A stretch of 63,295 nt of DNA, filler included, from Kipferlia bialata (Eukaryota): assembly GCA_003568945.1 (NCBI GenBank). It is 8 parts of 7 records of this genome, joined end to end, with 100 filler letters (N's around TTAATTAATTAA, not from the genome) between each part and the next. Parts side by side here need not be neighbours in the genome. Positions count along the whole stretch, not along the records: positions 14,265 to 20,336 come from BDIP01000853.1; positions 20,437 to 34,569 come from BDIP01000854.1; 6 more parts are not named here. The stretch is one strand, 5' to 3'. The notes under the pieces are model-generated. The model was not told where the DNA came from and searched no databases. It was given only the letters and a program-made list of their open reading frames with translations. Every line of letters starts with the position of its first letter. Positions within the stretch are counted from its first letter, which is position 1. Below are positions 14,265-27,835 of the stretch, one piece after another. The position numbers were made by a program, and so were the translations under genes.

Positions 14265-14526
14265 AACCCTCTCTCTCCCCCCCCCCCCCCCCCCCCCCCC
14301 CCCCATCTACTGTTGTGTCTTCCTCTCTGGGTCTTGAAATAATAGTGAACCCCTATATCCCTACAGTTTGTTCTTGACCTCCTTACCTCATATATATCTG
14401 TCTCTGTCTCTCTCTCTCCTCTTCCTGCATATTATATCTCTCTGTCTCCACCATCCAGACCACTTCCCCCGCAATTGCCATATATGCCATCTCTCTCTCT
14501 CTCCCTCCCTCCGATTGACCCCTTAG

Positions 14527-15466
14527 ACCACTTCCCCCTGTACTTGTCTGTCCTGCCCGGCATTGCACTCTTTGCAGCGGCATTTATGATGGGTGAGTGT
14601 ATTGATGTCTCTCTCTTTACATTTATGTGATGATCCATGCATATATTATTTGATATATCGGCCATGTCATCCACAAGGGTGTTCTCTCTCTCTCTCACTC
14701 TCTCTCCCTCCCTCTACACCCTTATATCAGGCCGTGTTATCCACAAGGGTGTGTTCAATGACAGCATGCACATATCGCAGACATTCAGCAGACAGGTATG
14801 ATCATGTTTACATAGTTACATTGTGGTGGACTCGTGGCATAATATAATAGTGTTCGCCAGTGCCCTCTCCCTTATTGTTTTTTGCTCTTACCCTCAGTCC
14901 TCTGCACACACTCTGGACTTCTCTCTCCCTGTCTTTCTCTCTCTCTCCATATATATATCTAATCCCGAGTCTTCTGCCCACACTCTGGACGCCAAGAGAG
15001 ACGCAGAGAGAGAGAGTGCCGCCAGCGAGAGGGAGAGGGAGAGAGAGGCTGTGGCTTCAAGGCTAGCAGATGTACTCGCTGAGGAGAGAGAGAGAGAGAG
15101 AGAGAAGCAGGAGGAGAGTACCTTGAGTTCTTCTATCAACGACACTGAGGGAGAGAGAGAGGAGACGTCTAGCTCTAGGGTAGGCACCCGCCCCCCTACC
15201 CCCTCTGTACCATCTACTCCTGCACCCTCCCCAGCCAAGCCAAGTGCCTGGGATAGGTGGGGGGAGAGGGGGGAGAACTGGACACTCGGAGTGGCATTCG
15301 GTGAGTATGTGTTGTTCTGTATATATACGCCTGTGTAAAGATATATGGAGGGGGAGAGAGAGAGTGGGGGGAGAACTGGACACTGGGAGTGGCATTCGGT
15401 AAGTATTGTAGTGTGTATAGTGATGTTTCCACAGATATCAAGCCTCTTCACCTGTAGCATGGGTCC

Positions 15467-15513
<47 letters not shown>

Positions 15514-16580
15514 CATATATATATTTGTATCTGCGTAATATACTAATGCACAGGCCGAGTCTGAGCTCTCTGCCTCTGGGAGTGTGGCCAACATGACACC
15601 CGTCAACTCGGCACAGGTATATATATACATATATATATCTATATCTATAGTCCCACATACATGAAGATATGTGATATACTCATATTATAAACCCAGGCCC
15701 CCTCCATGTCGCTGGGCACCGGCAGGGTATTTATACATAAACCTATAAATGTATATTAGTGCATTTCTATTACTATTATTAACCCAGGCCCCCTCCATGT
15801 CGCTGGGCACCGGTAGGGAGACCCTCACCCAGGCAGTCACTGGCATCGACGCATCAGGATTCAGTTCCATGAAGGTATACTACATATATATATATACTCT
15901 TCGACGTGTGTATATTCCATTTTCTGAGTGATTGACCCCAGGCCATGGACCGCCATGCCAAGCCCTCCCTGTCCTCTGTGTTTGACCCCATCCCAGAGGA
16001 GCCAGAGAGAGAGAGGTATATATATATAGAGAGAGAGAGAGAGAGGGGTATATTTTGCATATGTATATAGATATATATATATATATAGTGTTAAATATGT
16101 ATCCCTGTCCTCTGTGTTTGACCCCATCCCAGAGGAGCCAGAGAGAGAGGTATGTATATGTATATATATATATGTTTATGTTTATTCATTTCTCTTCCAC
16201 TATAGCTATATACTGTAATCTTACTACCAGTAGAAGAGACAGCCACTCTAGCAAGAAGGACATGATATAATACAGTGCATATTGTATACCCATATTGTAA
16301 TCTAACTACCAGTAGAAGAGACAGCCACTCTAGCAAGAAGGACATGAGGCGGGAGGAGGTCAGGCAGAACCTCATGAGACTAGGTGAGTATTATATATTT
16401 GTATATATATATATGTGTGTATGTGTGTGTATAGATAGATCCTCATGAGCCTATGTGAGTTAATTCTTCATATTGTATATTTGCTCGCTTTATAAATGTA
16501 TCATTACAACTGTGTTTGACCTAACACTAGCCCAGAATGACGTGTTCATTGATGCCATCATCGATGCGATGGACAGCTAG
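14527..16580 (+). CDS. Hypothetical multi-exon protein with hydrophobic segments, 5' partial
   Basis: Exons read PLPLYLSVLPGIALFAAAFMM/GRVIHKGVFNDSMHISQTFSRQ/SSAHTLDAKRDAERES.../...MRREEVRQNLMRL/AQNDVFIDAIIDAMDS* (TAG 16578-16580); one internal junction near 15470 is uncertain. Confidence 0.65.
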
Positions 16581-16610
16581 ACGCTAGACGCTAGACGCTA
16601 GACGCTAGAC
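16576..16610 (+). repeat. Heptamer tandem repeat (GCTAGAC)x5 overlapping the stop codon
   Basis: Direct reading. Confidence 0.95.
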
Positions 16611-17161
16611 GTGTCTGGATAGTGACACCAGTGAGAGGGCATATATGTGTGTGTGTATACGTTGTTTGTGGCTGTTGGGAGAGCACGCCCAGGGTTGATA
16701 GGGTGACTCAAGAACATGCCGACCCTGGTAGTGTGTGGGAGATTGTTGTTATTAATATGGTATATATATTAATATGGTGTTGTCGTTTGACAGCAGTGTG
16801 TATAGGTAACCTGTGTGTAGTGTTTTCATAGAGTGCTTGGGATATAGCATAATAAACGGGTATTCAGCAATGTGTGTTTGTTATGGTTGCGAGAATGTGG
16901 GAAGGGTGGTGTATATGAGGTTATGTGCGCAATAGAATGCAAAATATCGCCAAGCAGTGATCAATAGTCTCTGTGTTAGCCTTGTTACTCAGGGTTGACA
17001 CATGGAGAACCCGCAAGAACATGGTTTATGACTAAGTGGCTGGTTATTCACCTACTAGGCCTAGTATGTATCGTCGACACTTAGCATTTTGAATTGCTAT
17101 GTTATGACAAATTTCAAAATTGACAGAATTTTTGAAATTCCACAAATCCGAATGCAGTGTC

Positions 17162-18561
17162 ATGAACCAGAGCGGTCTACTTACTGTTCTAGCAGATACT
17201 GAGCAGTATATGGCCCCAGAGTCGGTATGTTAGCAGTATTTGTGCACTATTTGCTGTCTAATGGTCTGGGAAGAGCTTGGAGGCGCTGTCATGTACCGTA
17301 GCATTGTATACCTACATTTTCCTGTCTTATCTGCAGGAATACCGAGTGAGGACGGGCAACAAGCGCCTCAGAGGCGTGGCAGCCACTGGGGACCCTTCCA
17401 CAGTTGCCAAGAGGCATGCGAGCCCCCTTCGCACTTCGACCCACATGCTTAATGCCGGGCTTCTGGCTGAGGTGCGCCAGAGCCCGCGGAGCAAGAAGGA
17501 GGAGAAGGTGAGAGGCCACGTCATGAGTGACCTCTCGGCCAGCCTGTCCTCCTGCATGAAGCAGCGTGGCGAGCTGACAGTCCAGGTATATTGCTTACTC
17601 AGTCCAACTCATCTTGTATGTGTATATACCACACCACACATTATGTACCCATATGTACAGCACAGCACCCCATCTGCTGTCCCCCCGGACCAATTACAGA
17701 TACCTACACATCGAAGCTCTTTCCCCCTGTCTCACTCACCCATTCGTGTTCTGTCCCCCTCTCCTGGGTTCTGAAGCTTACTCTCACTCTCTCTCTCTCT
17801 CTCTCTCTCCCTCACCCCAGATTGTGAAGCTGACTGAGCGTCTCGCTGAGTCCGAGGCCGTGACGCAGCAGGTATGGGTGTATGTCCACATGTATATATA
17901 ATGCTTAGCAGGTATGGGTGTCCATGTCTCTCTCTCATTATGTGTATTATGCTGAGAGTATATAGGGTATATATAATACTGAGGGCAGCAGGTATGGGAG
18001 TATGGGTGTAAGTCTATTCTCTGTGTGTGTGTATACACATGTATTGGTGTTTTGAGTCTAGGCCGTCATCATGTTGGTAGAGGGGATACATATGTACGTG
18101 CGTGTGTACTGATGGCAGGAGAGAGTCGAGAGAGAGGCTGTGCAGACCGCCAAGGCACAGGTGGAGGCTGCCAAGGCGGAGGTGGAGAAGGTATGCATAT
18201 TTATATATATGAATATAGTATAGTTATATATATATATAAACGTGTATACAGTATAACAGGTCGGGGTTGCCAAGGCTGAGGTGGAGAAGGTATGAGTGGA
18301 TACTTATGCAATTTACTGTGATGCTGTGATTGGGCTGGTATCTGTTGTTTATTTCGGTGAGAATCTGACTCTCTCTGTGTAATTGCCCCCTTCTGTTCCT
18401 CCAGCAAGGTCTCTCTCTCTCTCTCTCTCGCTGTCTCTCTTTCTCTCTCTCTATGTGTCTTACACCTAGTCCCTGTCTGCCGCTCTGTTGAGAAGTGAGC
18501 AGTTGACTGTCAGTCTCACAGAGGCCCAGCGGCTAAGGTGTGTATGTCGGTATACACAATA

Positions 18562-18601
<40 letters not shown>

Positions 18602-19168
18602 TTGTATGTGTGTATATATACATGGAGTTGCATGTGCCGATGAGAGGGTCATACCGGATATGTATGTAATTTTATAAGTGTAAGAACACACTAATACTTA
18701 TAACAGGGACCAGGTCGTGTCTGAGTGTGAGCGTTCCATAAAATCATAAGTATATATATAGATATAGATATAGATATAGGGTTATGTACTTATATCAGGA
18801 ACCAGGCTGTGTGTATATTTATATGTATGTATGTATATATTAACATATGTATATATACACTAATAACAGGGATCAGGCCGTGTCTGAGTGTGAGCAGCAG
18901 AGACAGGGCATGAGGGCAAAGTCCGCAGAGATACAGGCAGAGGTATATATATACATGTGTGTGTGTGTATATAGTATATATAATGTATATATGGTATATA
19001 TATAATATATAGGTCATGAGGGCAAAGTCAGCAGAGATTCAGGCAGAGGTATAGAGTATATATATATATATGTGTGTGTGTGTGTATACATTTTGTGTAT
19101 AATGTATATATATATATACCCATACGTAGTCAGCTGAGATCCAGTCTGATGTACTGTCTTTCTCTTCC

Positions 19169-19218
<50 letters not shown>

Positions 19219-20181
19219 ACCCCATAGGTGGAGGCAGCCGTTGGTAAGGAGAGGGAGAGACATGAGGCCGACCTAGAGAGAGAGAGAGAGGCCCAGCTGG
19301 CAGAGAGGGCCGCAGAGAGAGAGGCAGATGTACGTGTATACTATGTCTGTATATAGGAAAGGAGGGGGAGGGGGTGCAGTAGCATAAGACCGGGAAGGTC
19401 CTCAGACATATACACCTGTTGGATATTTGAGTGAGGTGGCTGTATATCACAGTATTATGTATGTATCCCTGTATAAGTATTATACATACGTCTGAATTAC
19501 TATATAAATAGTAATTATTATTTCCAAATCTGACTCTCAGGTGAAGGAGAGAGAGAGAGAGAAGGCTGAGCAGAATGAGATGCTGGCTGAGCTTGAGAGA
19601 GACATGGTCAATATGCAGACAGAGGCAGCGGAGATGAAGGAGAAGGTGTGTATATATGTAAATAGATATATATATATATATATTATATATATGTATATAT
19701 ATATTGTATGGCATGGTCAATATGCAGACAGAGGCAGCGGAGATGAAGGAGAAGGTATTTGTATGTGTGTATAGATATTATGTATAAATATATATAATAT
19801 AAGTGTATGGCATGGTCAATATGCAGACAGAGGCAGCGGAGATGAAGGAGAAGGTATATATATGTATATCGATACATATATATATGTATATCATGTGTAT
19901 GTTGAGAACGTGTGTAGATGGCCGGGCATGTCTCTACTGTGCACACATAAATGATTCACATATATGTATGTATTAACATGTACATATCTATATACATGAC
20001 CCCAGGTCCTGTCTCTGGAGACTGATACCAGGGACCCAGCACCAATGTATATTTATATATGTGTACGTATATGTATATATATATGTATACATGTCTTACC
20101 CAGGTCCTGTCTCTGGAGGCCAAGGAGACAGCAGCCAAGGAGAGAGAGAGAGTGGCGCTGCAGAGGCTGGAGGAGGCCAAG
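17162..20181 (+). CDS. Coiled-coil protein, 3' partial
   Basis: [33 protein letters not shown].../[40 protein letters not shown]/.../[61 protein letters not shown] with canonical splice sites. Confidence 0.8.
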
Positions 20182-20277
20182 GTATATATATATATATATA
20201 TAGTGTATATATATACATATATATATGTAGAGAGAGAGAGAGAGAGAGTGGCGCTGCAGAGACTCGAAGAGGCCAAG

Positions 20278-20336
<59 letters not shown>

Positions 20337-20436
20337 NNNNNNNNNNNNNNNNNNNNNNNNNNNNNNNNNNNNNNNNNNNNTTAATTAATTAANNNNNNNN
20401 NNNNNNNNNNNNNNNNNNNNNNNNNNNNNNNNNNNN
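20337..20436. other. Artificial contig-joining linker
   Basis: N44-TTAATTAATTAA-N44. Confidence 0.97.
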
Positions 20437-20486
<50 letters not shown>

Positions 20487-21045
20487 TGCCTACCTTCAGC
20501 TCGCCATCCTCTATGTACCCAACCTCCGTCGTCAGGTTCCGCTTACCCATCCCTGGGTGTCGGTACTGGCTACTCTGTCAAAGGGAAGGTCAGGTAGGCA
20601 CACCAGTGAAGAGAGAGCAGAGGCGAGTGGTATCGGGGATCATGTTGGGCTGAATAGGGGTTTATGCATATCGAGTTGCATACTGGTAGATTTGTCGAGA
20701 TCTTTGAACACGTGGCCTCTATAGTAGTGTCTTTAGTCTTGGTAACTAATGTAATTGTCTTCCTTCATGGTACCACTGTGGTACTCCACTCAATAGCCTT
20801 GTTCTCATCGACCCCAACACTTATAATATAATACTTATGTTGAATACCACCAAGGAGAACGTTCACTCATTTCCCCACTCATAAATATATAGTGTGTCTA
20901 TTCACACCCAGATGACCGTAGTCACTTACAACACCCTATACAACCACCCACTGTCTCTTGCGAGATACTACCACCCGCGAGATAAGAGACGAGAGCGTGG
21001 AGAAGACAGGGAGAGAGGGAATCGAACCCGCGCCCACTCGACTCT

Positions 21046-23058
21046 CTAGTAGTCCCTTCTTCTCTTAGCCCTGGGTGACCGAGGTCTGCGCTCAAAGCGT
21101 CTCTCTCTGTCTCTCTCCCTGTCCCTGTCCCTGTCTCTGCCGTCTCTCCTGCGGCCGTTGTCCCTACGGTCAAAAACAGATCACAAATAAGGGGGTAGCG
21201 AGAGAGAGAGAGAGAGGGTATGAATCATCTCTCCCCCTCGCTTTCTATATATGTATATATGTATGAGTATACTATACCTGTCTCTCCCCCTGTAGTTACT
21301 ACGGCTCCTGTAGTTGTCCCTGTCTCTGTCTCCCCCTCTGGACCTGGACCGGTAGCCGGAGGATAGACGCCTAAGATAAGTAATTTAGTGCATATATATA
21401 TTTTTGTATATATAAATGTATATACTCTCTGGACCCGCTGGAGAGGCGCCGGAGATAAGTACTTACCATGCCTCTGACATATATATGCCCATACACCACA
21501 CATACTATATATATATGCTAGGGTTTCTCACCTATCCCCTCCTCCCCTGTGCAGACTGTCCACATCCCCCTTGGCCATGCCTCTGAAGTATAGTAATATA
21601 GCACTATTACATATAATATATATATACTATTATATATAATGGTATCATACCTATCTCCACCCCCTCTGTGCAGACTATCCACGTCCCCCTTGGCCATGCC
21701 TCTGATATATACATATACTGAAAGTGATACTATATATATATATATATATACTATCGCTAGTGGTACTAACCTATCTCCACCCCCTCTGTGCAGACTGTCA
21801 ACGTCCCCCTTGGCCATGCCTCTGAAGTCAACACACCCCATGTGGCCCCTGGGGTAAGTACCATAGGTGTATATAGTATAAGTATCATAAGTATATAAAC
21901 GTATATGTAGAGAGAGAGATATGTATGGGTCGTGAAGTCAACATAGACCGTGTGGCCCCTGGGGTGAGTATAGTAACACAGTATAGTACAGTATATAGCA
22001 GGAATATATAGAATGGTATTCTTTCAGGTATAAATAAAAATATGAAATAGAGAGAGTCTCTAAAGTCCACACACCCAATGTGGCCCTGGGAGTGGGATAC
22101 AGTGTAACTTACACAGAGAGAGGAAGAGAGAACAGAGAGGACAGTACCTGTGCCCTGGTGATGGCTGGTCATCGCAGAGTATTTCTCTATATATAATGAA
22201 TGTACATTAATCCATATATATATATACATATACATCTGTACATATATACATATGTACATACCTGTGCCCTGGGGGTGGCTGGTCATCGCAGTCTCTCTCT
22301 CTCTGTCTATATATATATATATACTTATCCATATATATACATATACATATATCCATATGTATATACCTGTGCCCTGGGGGTGGCTGGTCATCGCAGAGTC
22401 TCTCTCTCTCTCTCTCTCTCTCTCAATATACATATATATAAACACACACATATATATATCCATATGCATATACCTGTGCCCTGGTGGTGGCTGGTCATCG
22501 CAGAGTCTCCTCCTGCCAATGTGCCTGGGGGTGAGTGTGTATGGAATATATATATAACATATAACAAATTACATATATATAAGAGCAACAAATATTGTGA
22601 GGAGTGTCATTGGTATAGATAGTCTCCTCCTCCCAATGTGCCTGGAGGTGAGTGCGCATATATACACATATATACATATATACATACTGCATATATACAC
22701 GGCTATACACACATTAGTATTATACACTACATACAGTGACATACCTGGAGATACGCTTGGATACATATCCATTACTATATATATAAGTAATATATATATA
22801 CGTAATATATACAAGCAATATATAGTGTATATATATATTACTTATATATATGCATACAGTGATACCTGGAGATACGCTTGGAGGCAATGGCCACTAGCTT
22901 GTCGAGGGCTTCCTGGATGTGAGTAGAGCTACGGATAGAGAGACAATACATATATATACATATACAGAACAGAGAGACTAGCTTGTCGAGGGCCTCCTGG
23001 GGGTAAGGATATATATATATATGTATATATATGTCAATATATATATAGAGAGAGGGAT

Positions 23059-23093
<35 letters not shown>

Positions 23094-25254
23094 CAGTATG
23101 TACCTTGTCGTTGAGGTCCACCCTCTCATCACCCTCGAAGTCATCACCATCGCCACCTCTCCTGATAGTAAGGGTGTATAAGGAGTAACAATATACTGAA
23201 TGCATATATTCATGGCAAACAGTAGAATAGAATACAACATAGTACATTCATCATATACTACATGCAAGCATCATACTGCTCCCTATATTCATACACCCAC
23301 CTCCCAACCATGTTGGGGTATGCCCTGTCTGGGAAGGCATAGAAGTATACATACACTATATGTACTATATATAGTGTATATAGTATATACACTGATACAT
23401 TATATATATATATACACATATATGTATGTGTATACATACATACCTTCCAACCATGTTGGGGTATGCCCTGTCTGGGAAGGCATAGAAGTAGTCACGGAGG
23501 ACATCGATCTCTGGGCGTGAGAAGCATATATATATATTTAGATTTATATGTATATCTATATATATACCTGCGGCACAGTCGAAGCAGTGGTCGAGTCCCT
23601 CCACCTCAGGTACTCTCTCTCTCTCTCTCAATGAATATATACACATATATATACATATACACTCACCAGCGGCACAGTACATATATGTATACTATACTAC
23701 ATCTGTCTATATATACCTGCAGCACAGTCGAAGCAGTGGTCGAGTCCCTCCACCTCAGGTATGGTGGTGTCCAGGCCATGGTTCCACAGAGAGACTCTAG
23801 TGACTGGGGGTTAGACAGAGAGAGAGAGAGAGACAGAGAGAGATGACCATACCCGTGTTGAAGTAGAACATCTGGCCCTCATAGAGCTCTCAGTACAAAT
23901 ATATGTTGATATATATACCTACTCTACTAAAAATTCCCAATTCATAATGTATCGCACACCTCATACACAACATACTAATATATATATGATACCTGTGTTG
24001 AAGTAGAAGAGACAGAGAGAGAAAGAGACAGAGAGAGACGACCATACCTGTGTTGAAGTAGAACATCTGGCCCTCATACAGCTAACAAAAAAGGTAAAGA
24101 TGTATATATACATCAATTATATCCTACAACTATTACTATCTGATATATATATGTATGATACCTGTGTTGAAGTAGAACATCTGGCCCTCATAGAGCTTGC
24201 AGTCCCAGTCCTTGAGGGGGATGGAGACAGGGTTGGTCTGGAATAAGGGTGTAGAGGGAGGGAGAGAGGGAGAGAGAGAGAACCAGTCTTACCTGCAGGG
24301 ACGCAATGTCTCTCTCTCTCTCCCTCTCCCTCTGTCTGTCCCACTCCAGCTCCTCCTCCTCTCTCTCTCTCTCTCTCTCGGCTTCGGCCTGGGCCGCAGT
24401 CACCTCGGGGTCCTACAACGTAAGAATAGTACTACACAGTATATACAATGTACACTACATAGTGCGTGTATCTATGCAGTAGTATATATATATTGCTAGG
24501 CCTGGGCCGCAGTCATCTCGGGGGTCCTGGAGGGTTAGCATGTAATAGTACTATCGCTATATATGTATGTGTCTATTCCATGTAGTGTATACCTCCTCGT
24601 CACTATCCTCAGACAGCACCAGCGGAGGCATAGACAACTATATATATACATATACATACGTATACATGTAGTGAGTGTGTATATGCACAGTATACTGTAT
24701 ATACCCACCTCCTCATCACTATCCTCAGAGAGCACCAGCTCCGAGGACTCCTCCCCATCGGCCTCCTCCTTCTCTCTCTCTCTCTCTGCCTTCTCTCTCT
24801 CTGCCTTCTCGGCCCTCTCTCTCTCCCTCTCAGCTCTGGCCTCCTCTCTTCTCTCTCTCTCCTTCTCAATCTCAATCTCCCTCTCCCTCTCCCTCAGGTC
24901 GAGACGGTCTTTCTCAAGACCCATGAGGGGGGTGGGGATCAGCCTATGGTGAGCACATTACTATATATACACTATATATATATACATATACACATATACT
25001 ATCATATCAAGACGGTCCTTCTCAAGACCCATGAGAGGGGTGGGGATCAGCCTATGGTGAGCACATTACTATATATACACTATTTATATATACATATACA
25101 CATATACTATCAGGTCAAGACGGTCCTTCTCGAGGCCCATAAGGGGGGTGGGGATGAGCCTGTATGTTAGTACATATAGTATATATATAGAGAGAGAGAA
25201 GATATGAGTGTCCTTCTCAAGGCCCATGAGGGGGGTGGGGATGAGCCTATGGTA

Positions 25255-25297
<43 letters not shown>

Positions 25298-26082
25298 TCT
25301 CGAGGCCCATAAGGGGGGTGGGGATGAGCCTGTATGTAAGCACTATACTATATACACAGGTATATGAGAATACCATGCCAAGACTCTGTTGTTGGCTGTC
25401 TGCCTATCTCTCTCTCTCTCTCAACCTATATACCCTACATATATATTCATAGACTATATACACTATATACCTTGACTCCGTTGTTGTCTGTGGCCCCCAT
25501 ATGGGCAGCATCACCTTGCCATCAAGGTAGGGCATGGAGGGGGAGGCCCAGGGGAGCCTACTATTAGAGAGAGAGAGAGAGAGAGGGAGAGAGAGGGAGA
25601 GAGAGAGAGAGAGAGGTAGAACATGGAGAGGGAGGCCCAGGGGAGCCTAGGGTAGATACAACTATATATATATAAACCTCCCTATATATAATATACATAT
25701 ATATTTATATATGTGTGTGTGTGTGCATGTATATATATATAGGAATGTAAATGTATATCAATACATGCCTGAACTTGAGCATGGCAGCTGCTACCCTCAT
25801 CATCATTGAACTCTCTCTCTCTCCCTTTCTCTTCATATATACATATCTATACCTCTATATCTCTATATATATATATATACCCACCTGAACTTGAGCATGG
25901 CAGCTGCTGGCCTCATCATCATCATTTTACTCTCTCTCTCTCTATATATATAAATATATATATATACCTCCATATATATATACATTATATATATACATGC
26001 CTGAACTTGAGCATGGCAGCTGCTGGCCTCATCAGCTCGTACCACCTCTGCTGGGCAACCATGTCCTGGTATTAAGGGTGTA

Positions 26083-26124
<42 letters not shown>

Positions 26125-27794
26125 GAGAGAAACACCTCTGCTGGGCAACCATGTCCTGGTACAAAGGGTGTAGAGGGAGAGAGAGAGAGAGCAATGCCAT
26201 ACCTTCTGCACATACTCCTCGACCTCCTTCTCAGACTGCACAGAGGGGTCGGCTGTCCTTGGGGTGAGTTATTCGTGTATATGAATTCCCATACAAATAG
26301 ACACAGAAAGAGTGAGAGCTGTTCTAAAGTGTAATGCATATGAAATGATCTAAACAATTACTAAAAGTGAATGCTAATAGAGAGAGAGAGAGAGACAGAT
26401 GGACAAGTGGACAATATGTAGGAATATTGCGGTCAAACCTGATGTGTACAATTCATTAAGAGGTGGGTGTGTATATAGATGTGTGTGTAAATAGGAGTGG
26501 GTGCGTGTGTGACATTAACTATTTACCTGATGTCCGAGATGAAGAGGACATCGTCTCTTTACATATATGGTCACATATTAGGCCACAGGAATACATATAT
26601 GGTCACACACTCACAGAGAGAGGAGAGAGAGAGAGAGATAGTACCTGATGTCCGAGATGAATAGGACATCACTCCTCCCGGCATACTTGGCAGCCACCTG
26701 GAGAATAAGGGTGTAGAGGGAGAGAATAGAGGGTCTAGGGGAAAAATGGCAGCAACTTCGACAAGGGGGTAGAGGGAGAGGGGGTCATTCACACATGCTC
26801 ACTATAGAAAGAGAAATAGGTATATTTCAATATATGCATACCTCGTCTGTGAAGAACCCGTTGTTGAGGATGATCATGTCACTCTCCCTGGGGGTAAGAG
26901 GTATATATATATATAATGTATATATAATATATATTAGAAAATATAATGTATTATATATATGCTACATCTATATAAATATCACAGTATATATAGACTAGAA
27001 CCCGTTGTTGAGGATGATCATGTCACTCTCCCTGGGGGTGAGTAATAGTTCGTAGTATATGGGAATACTAAATGTATATACAATTAGTTATGTTCATATG
27101 GACCTTTCATACATATGTAATTCACCATATATATAATATTCGTAGTACCAATGAATACACAGACCTCACTGTGAATGGGTTGGGGTCCCACAGGTCAAAG
27201 GTCATAATAGTGCAATATATACACATATATATATACTATACTACTATATACAATTGCTATATGTATCTATATATACACACACCTCACTGTGAACGGGTTG
27301 GGGTCCCACAGGTCAAAGGTGACATGGGGGAACATGCTAAGGGGTAAGATAGACAAATAGATAAGTATACACATATATGTAGAATAGTATACATATATAT
27401 ATATATATATATGTCTATCAGTATCTAGAGGTCAAAGGTGACATGGGGGAACATGCTGGGGGTTAGAGTATATATGATAAATAGGATATACAATATTATA
27501 TACAATTGACTGTATCTAAAGGTCAAAAGGTGACATGGGGGAACATGCTGGGGGGTTAGACACTAACTGTAACTGAAAGTATATGTATATATGTCTAGAT
27601 AGCATCAGTAGACATACCTTGAGAGCTGTTGTGCCGTGTGGGTGCCAGGGACAAACACACTTAAATATATCTATATATTAATAAATATAGCATGGAGAGG
27701 ATAACTATAAATATGGAATGGTAAATAGAACATACCTTGAGAGCTGTGCCGTGTGGGTACCAGGGGCAGCACCTGGAATGAGAACAATAAGGGT

Positions 27795-27835
<41 letters not shown>

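Noticed and set aside
20486..20722. GC-richer stretch after a poly-G run, possible terminal exon
   Set aside because: All three + frames are open for a stretch, and no splice site or motif fixes the frame.
21008..21045. GGGTTCGATTCCC (tRNA T-loop/B-box-like) on the minus strand just after the MTase stop
   Set aside because: No D arm, anticodon arm or properly spaced acceptor stem; not a tRNA.
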